NCBI GenBank assembly: GCA_040954595.2
Contig: CM082590.2
Span: 2,852,001 to 2,916,000 of the forward strand
Reading direction: 5' to 3'
Source: Balanoglossus misakiensis
Lineage: Eukaryota > Animalia > Hemichordata
Length of the DNA stretch: 64,000 nucleotides
Shown: positions 51,008 through 64,000 of the stretch, one piece after another
How positions within the stretch are numbered: the first letter of the stretch is position 1
Layout of the letters: every line of letters starts with the position of its first letter
Notes under the pieces: model-generated
What the model was told of the DNA's origin: nothing
Database searches by the model: none
Seen by the model: only the letters and a program-made list of their open reading frames with translations
Made by a program: the position numbers and the translations under genes

Positions 51008-51740
51008 TAAGCTAAATTTGGAATTTGGATGGGGTGGGGAGGTTAAGCTAACCTAACATTGTGCTAACATTTTCTGCCTGTCTGTCGCGTACAATGTGTC
51101 GATGCGCGAATACAATCACGGGTACCGTTGCGAGAAATTCCACCGAATAACGATGCTGACGAGTATTATCTATCTGAGAAATAATAGCATGTTATTCATA
51201 AAATATACACATTAACCAATGAATGAACCAACATGATTATTAGACCTTGGACACTTATTTAACATTTTATCATTATTATACCTCTGTCATCATCATCAAT
51301 ATTAACACCCTTTTTATACTTAATATCACCATAAGCCATCACCACAATTATTAATCGTTATTATACCCTTGCACAATTGTTACCCTTATTAAACCCGACA
51401 CAGTTATTACTATTATTATACCCTTCTCATTCATATACCCATTATAACCTGTGTACACAAGCCATCATCATATTATAAACCCGTTATACCTTTATACCAC
51501 ATTTGTTACCCTAATATTATTCCCTTCATACAAGCAACCGTTGTTACCCCTTTATAACCTGTGTACACTCAAATTTTACCATAAAACCATCATCACATTT
51601 GTAACCCTTTTATTAAACCAAATTCAAATTTGTTCACCGTTATTATACCATACACATTTCGGAACCTATTATCATACCCTGCACAAAGCCATTGCTGTTA
51701 ACCTAATTTTAAAACAAGTAATCACTACCAATTATTAACC
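51008..51740. repeat. Dispersed repeat, paralogous to 34426-35060
   Basis: Same motifs in the same order and orientation as 34426-35060. Confidence 0.8.
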
Positions 51741-51837
51741 CGATTTATTGGACTATTAAGTTTTATATTACGATCACCTCGTTTTGTACGTCTATATTAC
51801 TCTATCTTATAATTTTGGTCAATAGGATATTATGTTG

Positions 51838-52400
51838 AAACTCCACTTCTCCATTCTTCCACTTCTCCATCCTTTAGGTTGACGCTCCATCCATCCATCC
51901 ATCAAAGTTTATATTAGTAGGTTGACTATGGTTGACTCTCCGCTCCATCCTCCCATCAAATTTTACGTTAGTTGGTTGATTATGGTGTTACCAGTGTGCC
52001 CTACAGGAAAGAAAAAGAGGAAAAAACAGAGAAAAAACTCCACTTCTCCATCCTTCCACTTCTCCATCCTTTAAGTTGACGCTCCGCGGCACCATCCATC
52101 CATCAAAGTTTATATTTTAGTAAGTTGACTATGGTTGACGCTCCGCTCCATCCATCCATCAAAGTTTATATTAGTAGGTTGACTATGGTTGACGCTCCGC
52201 TCCATTCATCCATCAAAGTTTATATTAGTAGGTTGACTATGGTTGACGCTCCCCTCCATCCATCCATCAAAGTTTATATTAGTAGGTTGACTATGGTTGA
52301 CACTCCGCTCCATCCATCCATCAAATTTTACGTTAGTAGGTTGATTATGGTGTTACCATTGGGGCCTACAGGGAAAAAAAGAAAAAAAAGAGAAAAGAAG
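51838..52400. repeat. 54-bp minisatellite within a duplicated ~200-360-bp unit
   Basis: gttgactatggttgacgctccgctccatccatccatcaaagtttatattagtag is repeated. Two blocks both start aaactccacttctccat and end in ..cctacagg.aa followed by an A/G-rich tract. Confidence 0.88.
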
Positions 52401-55162
52401 AGAAAAAAAGAAAGAAAGAAAGAAAGAGAGAGAGAAGGAGAAGAGTACCGGTGGGACCTACAAAAAAAAAAGAACGAAAGAATTAAATGCATGAAATCAA
52501 TGATAATAATAGGATTAATTTGGCAAGCCAGCCCAACCCAACATACTGCGGGTCAAGGGGTACCATATCGTCAATTAATGAAAACAAAATAAAGTGCAAC
52601 AAACATTGGCTAGGTCAAAGCAGTTCCTATGGATACCAGAGAGTGCCAATGCTGTATCTGCTATGTATATAGGAAAGCAGATCAAAGGTCACCAAGAGCT
52701 CACCCAAAATTGTCAACAAATGTTTCTTCCAAAATTATCAGTGTAAAATGAAAAACAAGACTTCTGGCTCTATTGGTTAACCTGGTAATTAAGTGTTCCA
52801 GCCCTCAAAATTTGAAGGCGTTATCTGCTGTGCATGCCAAGGCAGGGAAAATAGGTTAAAGGTAACCAAAGCTAACAAAAATGTCAGAAAAAAATGTGAT
52901 CGCATACTGGTGAATGTTCAAGAAAACCCAGACTCAAAGCTTCATTATCTAGTCTACAATTACGTAAGCACATATTTATAAGGTTATCATTGGTCAAGAA
53001 ATTCAGCAAAAAAATTAAGTCCAATAGTAGAGCATGTTCATAAAAAATTCAACCTGTAACAATATGGGTAAGCTCAGCATTAGATATTCACATATTTAAT
53101 AAGCTCAACATTGGTCCAGTGGATTCCAAATGTAACAAAAAAAGCTAAGTCCCATACTTGTCCATATACATCAAAAACCAAACCTCTAGTGCTATTAGTC
53201 TAGTCGCCATAAGATATTCAGAAAAGAATACAGGTGCCAAACTTAGGACAAAGTTCAATGCCAATATTATCAAAAAATTTGGGTTATGTCCTGGCAGCAG
53301 TACTATTCGTGTGAAAAATAAATCATCACTGTTTTGCTTTTCAACAAGAGGCATATCCACGAATAATTAAGTTCTGAAAAAAAAATGGATCAAAGTACAT
53401 GCGAAAGTTGCCAAAAAATGCAACGTATTCTGGTCATATGGTGACTCGTATCTATAAAAAGAATTGGTGTGCAATCAAAGTTTTTAATCAGAATTCATAA
53501 AATCCAATTTGGCTTCAATAAACTTTAATTAAGTTCTGAAAGATCTGGATCAAAAGACAAATGAAAGTTGCCTAAAAATTTGTATTATTAAGTGTTGGAA
53601 AAACTGGATTAAAGGACATGTGCAATATGCCAAAAATGGTAACATATTCTGGTCATATAGTGAGTCATATACATATAAATAATGTTTGTGCTATCAATGA
53701 GTAGGCCATAAATAGGAAATCTTAGTTTTAAATCGTTGTTCAGAAAATCCAATTTGGCTCCAATAAGGTTTAACCAATCACAATTCACTTAAAAACTTGA
53801 TTAGAAAAAGTGTTTTAATGATATTTTTCAAAAATCTAATAAGGAATTCTAAGTCACATGACTACTAGCAATATTACAGTCAAACTTTGAACTGCACAGT
53901 ATATTCGAACTTGATTGTCCCTGTAGTTTTGGAAAAGAACTGTCATCTTTTAAAGGTTATCAGAAAATCCAATATGGCCACCCTGAAGAAGACAATTAAA
54001 GGAACATGCAGCATTACAGGGACCAAAGCAGTTAGCATGGTTCCAACAGAAAGCAAACTCTGTATCTGTTGTGGATGCTTAGAAATGGTAGGTAAGCCAG
54101 AGGTCACGGAAATTTGTGGCAACAAATTTTGACATCAAACTGATCAGTGTTCAACAAAAAAACAGACTTTTATTCTCAATTGGTTAACTAGAAAAAGCTT
54201 ATGTACACAACTTTTGTGTTAAAGTTTAATACTTTATTAGGTGTTTAAGGCCTAAAAATCTGAAGGCTGTATCTGCTGTGCAGGCCAGGTTATGGGAAAG
54301 TACATCAAAGGTCATTGCCAAAATTATCAAAATATTTGGGTTATGTCCTGGCAGCAGTAGTACTCTTTGAACAAAATCATGACTGTTGAGCTTTTTATCA
54401 AGAGCCATATCCACATAAAATTAAGTTATGGAATTCGTGGATCAAAGGACATGCGAGAGTCGCCAACAAATTGTTTAATCAAATACTGAAAAAAAACTGG
54501 ATCAAAGAACATATGAAAGTTGTCAAAAAATGTAACATATTCTAGTCATATGGTGACTCGTATCCACTGAAAGAATTTGTGTGCTTTCAATGAGTAGGAT
54601 AAAAAAAGGAATTTTAGCTTTTAATCGGAGTTCAGAAAATCCAATTTGGCTCTGATAAGGTTAAACCAATCACAATTCACTTGAAAACTTGATTAGAAAA
54701 AGATTTTCGTAATTTTTGAATGAGATTTTTAAAAAATCCAATAAGGCACCAAAAGTCACATGACCACTAATGATATTTTATCAAACTTTCAACCGCACAG
54801 TAAATTAGAACTTGATTGGCCCTGTAGTTTATGAAAATGTCAACCTTTAAAGCTTATTAGAAAATCCAATATGGCCGCCATGAAGAAGACAATTACAACT
54901 AAAAGTAGCATTGGAGGGACCAAGGTGTTAAGCATGGTTCCAACAGAAAGCAGAGGCTGTGTCTGTTGTGGATGCCCAGAAATGGTAAAGTACGCCAGAG
55001 GTGAGGCAAAATGTGCCAACAAAATTTGATACCAAACTGATCAGTGTCCAACAAAAAGCAGACTTCTACGCTTTATTGGTTAACTTTAAATAGCTCATAT
55101 ACATAATTAGTGTGTTAAAGTTAACACATGCACTTCATTAGGTGTTCCAGTCCTCTAAATTT

Positions 55163-56820
55163 ACAAGTGACCTATTGGTCAAATGAGCTCTGCTGACCTT
55201 AACAGTGTAACCTGGGCGATGATATGAATACCCTAGGTTTTAATTCATAACAATTGTATTCTATTGAACAAAACCAAACATAGACATCACAAGTATTTAT
55301 CCAAATTCAGCTTGATTCATTGCACTAAAGAAAGAAAGAATTGAATTCTAAAGAACAACATCAAAAGGAAGTACCAATGTTCTAATTTGCATATTCATGA
55401 CCCCATCAAAATTCCAATAAAACAAAATCAGGTAGGGGCACCATAACACACATTCTACCAAATTTCAACTCCATCGTACATGTATTTAGGGAGAAGATTT
55501 TTTTACCAAAAATTATATTTTTAGATCTAATTTGCATATTTATGACCCCATCATATCCAAATTAGCAAAATCAGGTAGGGGCACCATAACACACATTCCT
55601 ACTAAATTTCAGCGCCATCGTACATGTAGTTAGGGAGAAGAAGATTTTTGACCAAAAATTCTATTTTTAGATCTCATTTGCATATTTATGACCCCATCAT
55701 ATCCAAATTAGCAAAATCAGGTAGGGGCACCATAACACACATTCCTACTAAATTTCAGCGCCATCGTACATGTAGTTAGGGAGAAGAAGATTTTTGACCA
55801 AAAATTATATTTTTAGATCTAATTTACATATTCATGACCCGATCATATCCAAATTTATAAAATCAGGTACGGGCATCATAACACACATTCCTACCATATT
55901 TCAGCTCCATCGTACATGTAGTTAGGGAGAAGAAAATTTTTGACCAAAAATTATATTTTTAGATCTAATTTGCATATTTATGACCCCATCAAATCCAAAT
56001 TTACAAAATCAGGTAAGGGCACCATAACACACATTCCTACCAAATTTCAGCTCCATTGTACATGTAGTTATGGAGAAGAAGATTTTTTACCAAAATTCTA
56101 TTTTTAGATCTAATTTGCATATTTATGACCCCATCAAATTCAAATTTACAAAATCAGGTAGGGGCACCATAACACACATTCCTGCCAAATTTCAGGTCCA
56201 TTGCACATGTAGTTGTGGAGAAGAAGATTTTTACCAAAAGTTCTATTTTTAGATCTAATTTGCATATTCATGACCCCATCAAATCCAAATTAACAAAATC
56301 AGTTAAAGGCACCATAACACATATTCCAACCAAATTTCAGCTAAATATGCCCAGTTGTTTTAAAGAAGAAGATTGAAATACAAAAAGTTGACGGACGACA
56401 GACGACTGACGACAGACGACGGACGACGGACGGACACTTATCAACCTACTGCCACAGCTCGGCTGACACAAGTGACAGCAGAGCTAAAAATCAGGTAGGG
56501 ACACCATAACACACATTCCTACCAAATTTCAGCTCCATCGTACATGTAGTTAGGGAGAAGAAGATTTTTTTACCAAAATTTTTATTTTTAGATCTAATTT
56601 GCATATTCATGACCCGATCAAATCCAAATTAACAAAATCAGGTAAGGGCACCATAACACACATTCTAACCAAATTTCAGCTAAATATGCCAAGTAGTTTT
56701 ATAGAAGAAGATTGAAATACCAAAAGTTGACGGACGACGGATGACGGACGACAGACGACGGACAGACATTTATCAACCTACTGCTACAGCTCGGCTGACA
56801 CAAGTGACAGCAGAGCTAAT
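55163..56820. mobile_element. HINE-type non-autonomous Helentron element with 146-bp core repeats and a duplicated terminal module
   Basis: It starts acaagtgacc...gagctctgctg, then has ~7 cores of 146 bp, a (GACG/GACA)n microsatellite (56390-56435) and a terminal stem-loop agctcggctg..cagcagagct-aaaa. Cores, microsatellite and hairpin repeat again at 56487-56820. The empty site cctctaaattt|aaaagctgtatc is visible at ~58735-58756, with no TSD. Confidence 0.82.
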
Positions 56821-57654
56821 AAAAGCTGTATCTGCTGTGCATGCCAAGTTTTGGAAATGTAGATCAAGGGTCATTGCCAAAATTATCAAAATATTTGGGT
56901 TATGTCCTGCCAGAGTAGTACTCATGTGAACAGAATCATGACTGTTGTGCTTTTTAACAAGAGACATATCAATGTACAATTAAGTTCTGAAAGATCTTGA
57001 TCAAAGGGAAAATGAAAGTTGCAAAAAATTGTATAATTAAGTGTTAAAAAAAGGATCAATGGACATGTGAAAGTTGACAAAAAATTTTAACATTCTGGTC
57101 TTATGTTGACTCTATCCATAAAAAGGCTTGGTGTGCTATCATTCAGTAGCCTACAAATAGGAAATTTTAGTTTTTAATCGGAGTTCAGAAAATCCAATTA
57201 GGCTTCAATAAGGTTTAACCAATCACATTTTACGCGAAAGCGTGATTAAAAAAAGATTTTGGAAATTTTTCATGGGATTTTTCAAAAATCCATAATAAAT
57301 CCAAATTCACATGAACACTAACAATATTATTTTAAAAAATTGGAACGTACAGTAAATTAGAACTTGATTGGCCTTGTAATTTTTGAAAAAAAATGTCAAC
57401 TTTTAAAGGTTATCAGAAAATCCAATATGGCCACCATGAAGAAGACAATTAAAAGAACATGCAGCATCACAGGGGCCAAAGCAGTTAGCATGGTTCCAAC
57501 AGAAAGCAAACTCTGTATCTGTTATGGATTCTTAGAATGGTAGGTAAGCCAGAGGTCACGGAAATTTGTGCCAACAAATTTTGATATCAAACTGATAAGT
57601 GTCCAACAAGAACCAAACTTCTAAGCTCAATTGGTTAACTTTAAATAGGATTTA

Positions 57655-57995
57655 AGTAGATCATGGCCAAAATTATCAAAATATTTGGGTTATGTCCAGG
57701 CAGCAATAGTACTCATGTGTACAAAATCATGACTGTTGTGCTTTTTAACAAGAGACATATCCAAGTAGATCAAGGGTCATGGCCAAAATTATCAAAATAT
57801 TTGGGTTATGTCCTGGCAGCAATAAAACTCATGTGAACAAAATCATGACTGTTGTGCTTTTTAACAAGAGACATATCCAAGTAGATCAATGGTCATTGCC
57901 AAAATTATCAAAATATTTGGGTTATGTCCTGGCAGCAGTAGTACTCTTTGAACAAAATCATGACTGTTGAGCTTTTTATCAAGAGCCATATCCAC
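57655..57995. repeat. Three tandem copies of the 116-bp satellite-3 monomer
   Basis: gccaaaattatcaaaatatttgggttatgtcc..aacaagagacatatccaagtagatcaa occurs three times inside one macro-unit. Confidence 0.88.
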
Positions 57996-59679
57996 ATAAA
58001 ATTAAGTTATGGAATTACTGGGTCAAAGGACATGCGAGAGTTGCCAACAAATTGTTTAATCAAGTTTTGAAAAAACTGGATCAAAGGACATGTGAAAGTT
58101 GCCAAAAAATGTAACGTATTCTAGTCATATGGCGACTCGTATCCATAAAATTAATTTGTGTGCTTTCAATGAGTAGGCTAGAAATAGGAAATCTTAGTTT
58201 TTAATCAGTGTTCAGAAAAATCCAATTTGGCTCCAATAAGGTGACACCAATCACAATTCACTTGAAAACTTGATTAGAAAAAGATGTTCTGTAATTTTTT
58301 AATGAGATTTTTAAACAATCCAATTAGGCACCCAAAGTCACATGACCACTAATGATATTTTTGTCAAACTTTCAACCCTACAGTAAACTAGAATTTGATT
58401 TGCCCTGTAGTTTATGAAAATGTCAACTTTTAAAGGTTATTAGAAAATCCAATATGGCCACCATGAAGAAGACAATTAGAGCTACAAGCAGCATTGGAGT
58501 GGCCAAAGCGGTTAGCATGGTTCCAACAGAAAGCAAAGGCTGTATCTGTTGTGGATGCCTAGAAATGGTAAAGTATGCCAGAGGTGATGCAAAATGTGCC
58601 AACAAAATTTGATACCAAACTGATCAATGTCCAACAAAAAGCAGACTTCTACGCTTTATTAGTTAACTTTAAATAGCTTATATACATAATTATTGTGTTA
58701 AAGTTAATACATGTACTTCATTAGGTGTTCCAAGCCTCTAAATTTAAAAGCTGTATCTGCTGTACATGCCAAGTTATGGGAATGTAGATCAAAAGTTACT
58801 GCCAAAATTATCAAAATATTTGGGTTATGTCCTGGCAGCAGTAGTACTCATGTGAACAAAATCACGACTGTTGTGCTTTTTAACAAGAGGCATATCAACG
58901 TAGAATTAAGTTCTGAAAGATCTGGATCAAAAGACGAATGAAAGTTGCAAAAAAATAGTATAATTAAGTGTTGAAAAAATGGATGAAAGGACATGTGAAA
59001 GTTGATAAAAATTGTTTAACATATTCTGGACTTATGGTGACTCGTATCCATAAAAAGGATTGGTGTGCTATCATTCAGTAGCCTTGAAATAGGAAATTTT
59101 AGTTTTTAATCGGAGTTCAGACAATCCAATTTGACTTCAATAAGGTTTAACCAATCACAATTCACTTGAAAGCTTGATTAAAAAAGATTTTGGAAATTTT
59201 TCATGAGTTTTTGAAAAAATCCATAATGAATCCAAATTCACATGACCACTATAAATATAATTGAAAAAAAAATGGAACGGCCAGTAAATTAGAACTTGAT
59301 TGGCCCTGCAGTTTAGAAAAAAATGTCCACTTTTAGAGATTATCAGAAAATCCAATATGGCCGCCATGAAGAAGACCCAACTATAAGCAGCATTGGAGTG
59401 ACCAAAGTGGTTAGCATGGTTCCAACAGAAAGCAAAGGCTGTATCTGTTATGGATGCTGAGAAATGGTAAGTAAGCCAGAGGTCAGGCAAATTTGTGCCA
59501 ACAAATTTTGACATCAAACTGATAAGTGTCCAACAAGAACCAAACTTCTAAGCTCAATTGGTTAACTTTAAATAGGATAAGTACATAATGATTGTGTTAA
59601 AAATTAATACTTCATTAGGTGTTCCAGTCCTCTAAATTTGAAAGCCGTATCTGCTGTGCATGGCAAGTTATGGGAAAGA

Positions 59680-62600
59680 AGATCATGGCCAAAATTATCA
59701 AAATATTTGGGTTATGTCCTGGCAGCAATAGTACTCATGTGTACAAAATCATGACTGTTGTGCTTTTTAACAAGAGACATATCCAAGTAGATCAAGGGTC
59801 ATGGCCAAAATTATCAAAATATTTGGGTTATGTCCTGGCAACAATAAAACTCATGTGAACAAAATCATGACTGTTGTGCTTTTTAACAAGAGACATATCC
59901 AAGTAGATCAAGGGTCATGGCCGAAATAATCAAAATATTTGGGTTATGTCCTGGCAGCAATAAAATTCATATGAACAAAATCATGACTGTTGTGCTTTTT
60001 AACAAGAGACATATCCAAGTAGATCAAGGGTCATTGCCAAAATTATCCAAATATTTGGGTTATGTCCTGGCAGCAATAAAACTCATGTGAACAAAATCAT
60101 GACTATTGTGCTTTTTAACAAGAGACATATCCAAGTAGATCAAGGGTCATTGCCAAAATGATCAAAATATATGGGTTATGTCCTGGCAGCAATAAAACTC
60201 ATGTGAACAAAATCATGACTGTTGTGCTTTTTAACAAGAGACATATCCAAGTAGATCAAGGGTCATTGCCAAAATTATCAAAATATTTGGGTTATGTCCT
60301 GGCAGCAATAAAACTCATGTGAACAAAATCATGACTGTTGTGCTTTTTAACAAGAGACATATCAAAGTAGATCAAGGGTCATTGCCAAAATTATCAAAAT
60401 ATTTGGGTTATGTCCAGGCACCAATAGTACTCATGTGAACAAAATCATGACTGTTGTGCTTTTTAACAAGAGACATATCCAAGTAGATCAAGGGTCATTG
60501 CCAAAATTATCAAAATATTTGGGTTATGTCCAGGCAGCAATAGTACTCATGTGAACAAAATCATGACTGTTGTGCTTTTTAACAAGAGGCATATCCAAGT
60601 AGATCAAGGGTCATTGCCAAAATTATCAAAATATTTGGGTTACGTCCAGGCAGCAATAGTACTCATGTGAACAAAATCATGACTGTTGTGCTTTTTAACA
60701 AGAGACATATCCAAGTAGATCAAGGGTCATTGCCAAAATTATCAAAATATTTGGGTTATGTCCAGGCAGCAATAGTACTCATGTGAACAAAATCATGACT
60801 GTTGTGCTTTTTAACAAGAGACATATCCAAGTAGATCAAGGGTCATTACCAAGATTATCAAAATATTTGGGTTATGTCCTGGCAGCAGTAGTACTCATGT
60901 GAACAAAATCATGACTGTTGTGCTTTTTAACAAGAGACATATCCAAGTAGATCAAGGGTCATTGCCATGATTATCAAAATTTTTGGGTTATGTCCTGGCA
61001 GCAATAAAACTCATCTGAACAAAATCATGACTGTTGTGCTTTTAACAAGAGACATATCCAAGTAGATCAAGGGTCATTGCCAAAATTATCAAAATATTTG
61101 GGTTATGTCCAGGCAGCAATAGTACTCATGTGAACAAAATCATGACTGTTGTGCTTTTTAACAAGAGACATATCCAAGTAGATCAAGGGTCATTACCAAG
61201 ATTATCAAAATATTTGGATTATGTCCTGGCAGCAATAAAACTCATGTGAACAAAATCATGACTGTTGTGCCTTTTAACAAGAGACATATCCAAGTAGATC
61301 AAGGGTCATTGCCAAAATTATCAAAATATTTGGGTAATGTCCTGGCAGCAATAAAACTCATGTGAACAAAATCATGACTGTTGTGCTTTTTAACAAGAGA
61401 CATATCCAAGTAGATCAAGGGTCATTGCCAAAATTATCAAAATATTTGGGTTATGTCCAGGCAGCAATAGTACTCATGTGAACAAAATCATGACTGTTGT
61501 GCTTTTTAACAAGAGACATATCCAAGTAGATCAAGGGTCATTACCAAGATTATCAAAATATTTGGGTTATGTCCTGGCAGCAATAAAACTCATGTGAACA
61601 AAATCATGACTGTTGTGCCTTTTAACAAGAGACATATCCAAGTAGATCAAGGGTCATTGCCAAAATTATCAAAATATTTGGGTTATGTCCTGGCAGCAAT
61701 AAAACTCATGTGAACAAAATCATGACTGTTGTGCTTTTTAACAAGAGACATATCCAAGTAGATCAAGGGTCATTGCCATGATTATCAAAATATTTGGGTT
61801 ATGTCCTGGAAGCAATAAAACTCATGTGAACAAAATCATGACTGTTGTGCTTTTAACAAGAGACATATCCAAGTAGATCAAGGGTCATTGCCAAAATTAT
61901 CAAAATATTTGGGTTATGTCCAGGCAGCAATAGTACTCATGTGAACAAAATCATGACTGTTGTGCTTTTTAACAAGAGACATATCCAAGTAGATCAAGGG
62001 TCATTACCAAGATTATCAAAATATTTGGATTATGTCCTGGCAGCAATAAAACTCATGTGAACAAAATCATGACTGTTGTGCCTTTTAACAAGAGACATAT
62101 CCAAGTAGATCAAGGGTCATTGCCAAAATTATCAAAATATTTGGGTAATGTCCTGGCAGCAATAAAACTCATGTGAACAAAATCATGACTGTTGTGCTTT
62201 TTAACAAGAGACATATCCAAGTAGATCAAGGGTCATTGCCAAGATTATCAAAATATTTGGGTTATGTCCTGGCAGCAATAAAACTCATGTGAACAAAATC
62301 ATGACTGTTGTGCTTTTTAACAAGAGACATATCCAAGTAGATCAAGGGTCATTGCCAAGATTATCAAAATATTTGGGTTATGTCCAGGCAGCAATAGTAC
62401 TCATGTGAACAAAATCATGACTGTTGTGCTTTTTAACAAGAGACATATCCAAGTAGATCAAGGGTCATTGCCAAAGTTATCAAAATATTTGGGTTATGTC
62501 CTGGCAGCGACAAAACTCATGTGAACAAAATCATGACTGTTGTGCTTTTTAACAAGAGACATATCCAAGTAGATCAAGGGTCATGGCCAAAATTATCAAA

Positions 62601-62912
62601 ATAGTTGGGTTATGTCCTGGCAACAATAAAACTCATGTGAACAAAATCATGACTGTTGTGCTTTTTAACAAGAGACATATCCAAGGGATCAAGGGTCATT
62701 ACCAAGATTATCAAAATATTTGGGTTATGTCCTGGCAGCAATAAAACTCATGTGAACAAAATCATGACTGTTGTGCTTTTTAACAAGAGACATATCCAAG
62801 TAGATCAAGGGTCATTGCCAAAATTATCAAAATATTTGGGTTATGTCCTGGCAGCAGTAGTACTCTTTGAACAAAATCATGACTGTTGAGCTTTTTATCA
62901 AGAGCCATATCC
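59680..62912. repeat. Satellite array 3, 116-bp highly homogeneous monomer, ~27-28 copies
   Basis: ccaaaattatcaaaatatttgggttatgtcctggcagcaataaaactcatgtgaacaaaatcatgactgttgtgctttttaacaagagacatatccaagtagatcaagggtcattg (116 nt) in tandem. Confidence 0.96.
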
Positions 62913-63441
62913 ACATAAAATTAAGTTATGGAATTACTGGATCAAAGGACATGCGAGAGTCGCCAACAAATTGTTTAATCAAATACTGAAAAAAAACTGG
63001 ATCAAAGAACATATGAAAGTTGTCAAAAAATGTAACATATTCTAGTCATATGGTGACTCGTATCCACAGAAAGAATTTGTGTGCTTTCAATGAGTAGGAT
63101 AAAAAAAGGAATTTTAGCTTTTAATCGGAGTTCAGAAAATCCAATTTGGCTCTGATAAGGTTAAACCAATCACAATTCACTTGAAAACTTGATTAGAAAA
63201 AGATTTTCGTAATTTTTGAATGAGATTTTTAAAAAATCCAATAAGGCACCAAAAGTCACATGACCACTAATGATATTTTATCAAACTTTCAACCGCACAG
63301 TAAATTAGAACTTGATTGGCCCTGTAGTTTATGAAAATGTCAACCTTTAAAGCTTATTAGAAAATCCAATATGGCCGCCATGAAGAAGACAATTACAACT
63401 AAAAGTAGCATTGGAGGGACCAAGGTTCCAACAGAAAGCAG

Positions 63442-63942
63442 ACCCCATCAAAATTCCAATTAACAAAATCAGGTAGGGGCACCATACCACACATTCCTAC
63501 CAATTTTCAGCTCCATCGTACATGTAGTTAGGGAGAAGAAGATTTTTTTACCAAAATTTTTATTTTTAGATCTAATTTGCATATTCATGACCCGATCAAA
63601 TCCAAATTAACAAAATTAGGTAGGGACACCATAACACACATTCCTACCAAATTTCAGCTCCATCGTACATGTAGTTAGGGAGAAGATTTTTTTACCAAAA
63701 ATTTTATTTTTAGATCTAATTTGCATATTCATGACCCGATCAAATCCAAATTAACAAAATCAGGTAAGGGCACCATAACACACATTCCAACCAAATTTCA
63801 GCTAAATATGCCAAGTAGTTTTATAGAAGAAGATTGAAATACCAAAAGTTGACGGACGACGGATGACGGACGACAGACGACGGACAGACATTTATCAACC
63901 TACTGCTACAGCTCGGCTGACACAAGTGACAGCAGAGCTAAT
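63442..63942. mobile_element. Partial HINE copy (cores + microsatellite + terminal hairpin)
   Basis: Near-identical to 56487-56820, with the same downstream flank (aaaagctgtatctgctgtgcatgccaagttttgg). This makes it a segmental duplicate rather than a new insertion. Confidence 0.82.
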
Positions 63943-64000
63943 AAAAGCTGTATCTGCTGTGCATGCCAAGTTTTGGAAATGTAGATCAAGGGTCATTGCC

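Larger units (their letters stand above)
52600..64000. repeat. Divergent macro-repeat array of ~0.9-1-kb units, hosting the 116-bp satellite and HINE insertions; runs off the right edge
   Basis: Marker gaaaatccaatatggcc.ccatgaagaagac..ttagcatggttccaacagaaagca recurs at ~53964, 54861, 57416, 58443, 59346 and 63360. Confidence 0.9.

Noticed and set aside
52125-52592. 155-aa ORF with 18-aa repeats
   Set aside because: It is a translation of the 54-bp minisatellite plus an A/G-rich tract, with a non-ATG start.
59680-62912. Possible CRISPR array (also considered for satellites 1 and 2)
   Set aside because: The whole unit repeats, with no unique spacers and no cas genes, and the context is eukaryotic with spliceosomal introns.

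Overview
This is eukaryotic (metazoan) repeat-rich, heterochromatin-like DNA. The repeat types suggest a mollusc or other lophotrochozoan, which is an inference. No ordinary host gene is evident. The window holds three satellite blocks: about 131-bp monomers at 1-13.9 kb, about 190-bp monomers at 38.3-50.2 kb, and 116-bp monomers at 59.7-62.9 kb inside an array of about 0.9-1-kb units. The main finding is a complete 16.7-kb Kolobok-type DNA transposon (17425-34097) with TTAA target duplications and perfect 28-bp TIRs. It carries two convergent spliced genes that I reconstructed by hand. One is a 14-exon DDE transposase of about 790 aa on the minus strand, with one homopolymer frameshift. The other is a 4-exon, 277-aa KolX protein on the plus strand, with an RG-rich N-terminus and a P2X7-ballast-like Cys/Zn domain. 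Four insertions sit inside its introns: a full-length Gypsy LTR retrotransposon with identical 154-bp LTRs, a palindromic MITE built from two copies of the Kolobok right end, a second TTAA non-autonomous element, and a hairpin element. One intron also holds an inverted copy of the KolX 3' end. Outside the transposon are a 5'-truncated Tx1/L1-type LINE with poly(A) and TSD, HINE-type (non-autonomous Helentron) elements and a decayed tRNA-headed SINE. Most ORF-track calls inside the satellites are artefacts. All identities and counts were estimated by eye.
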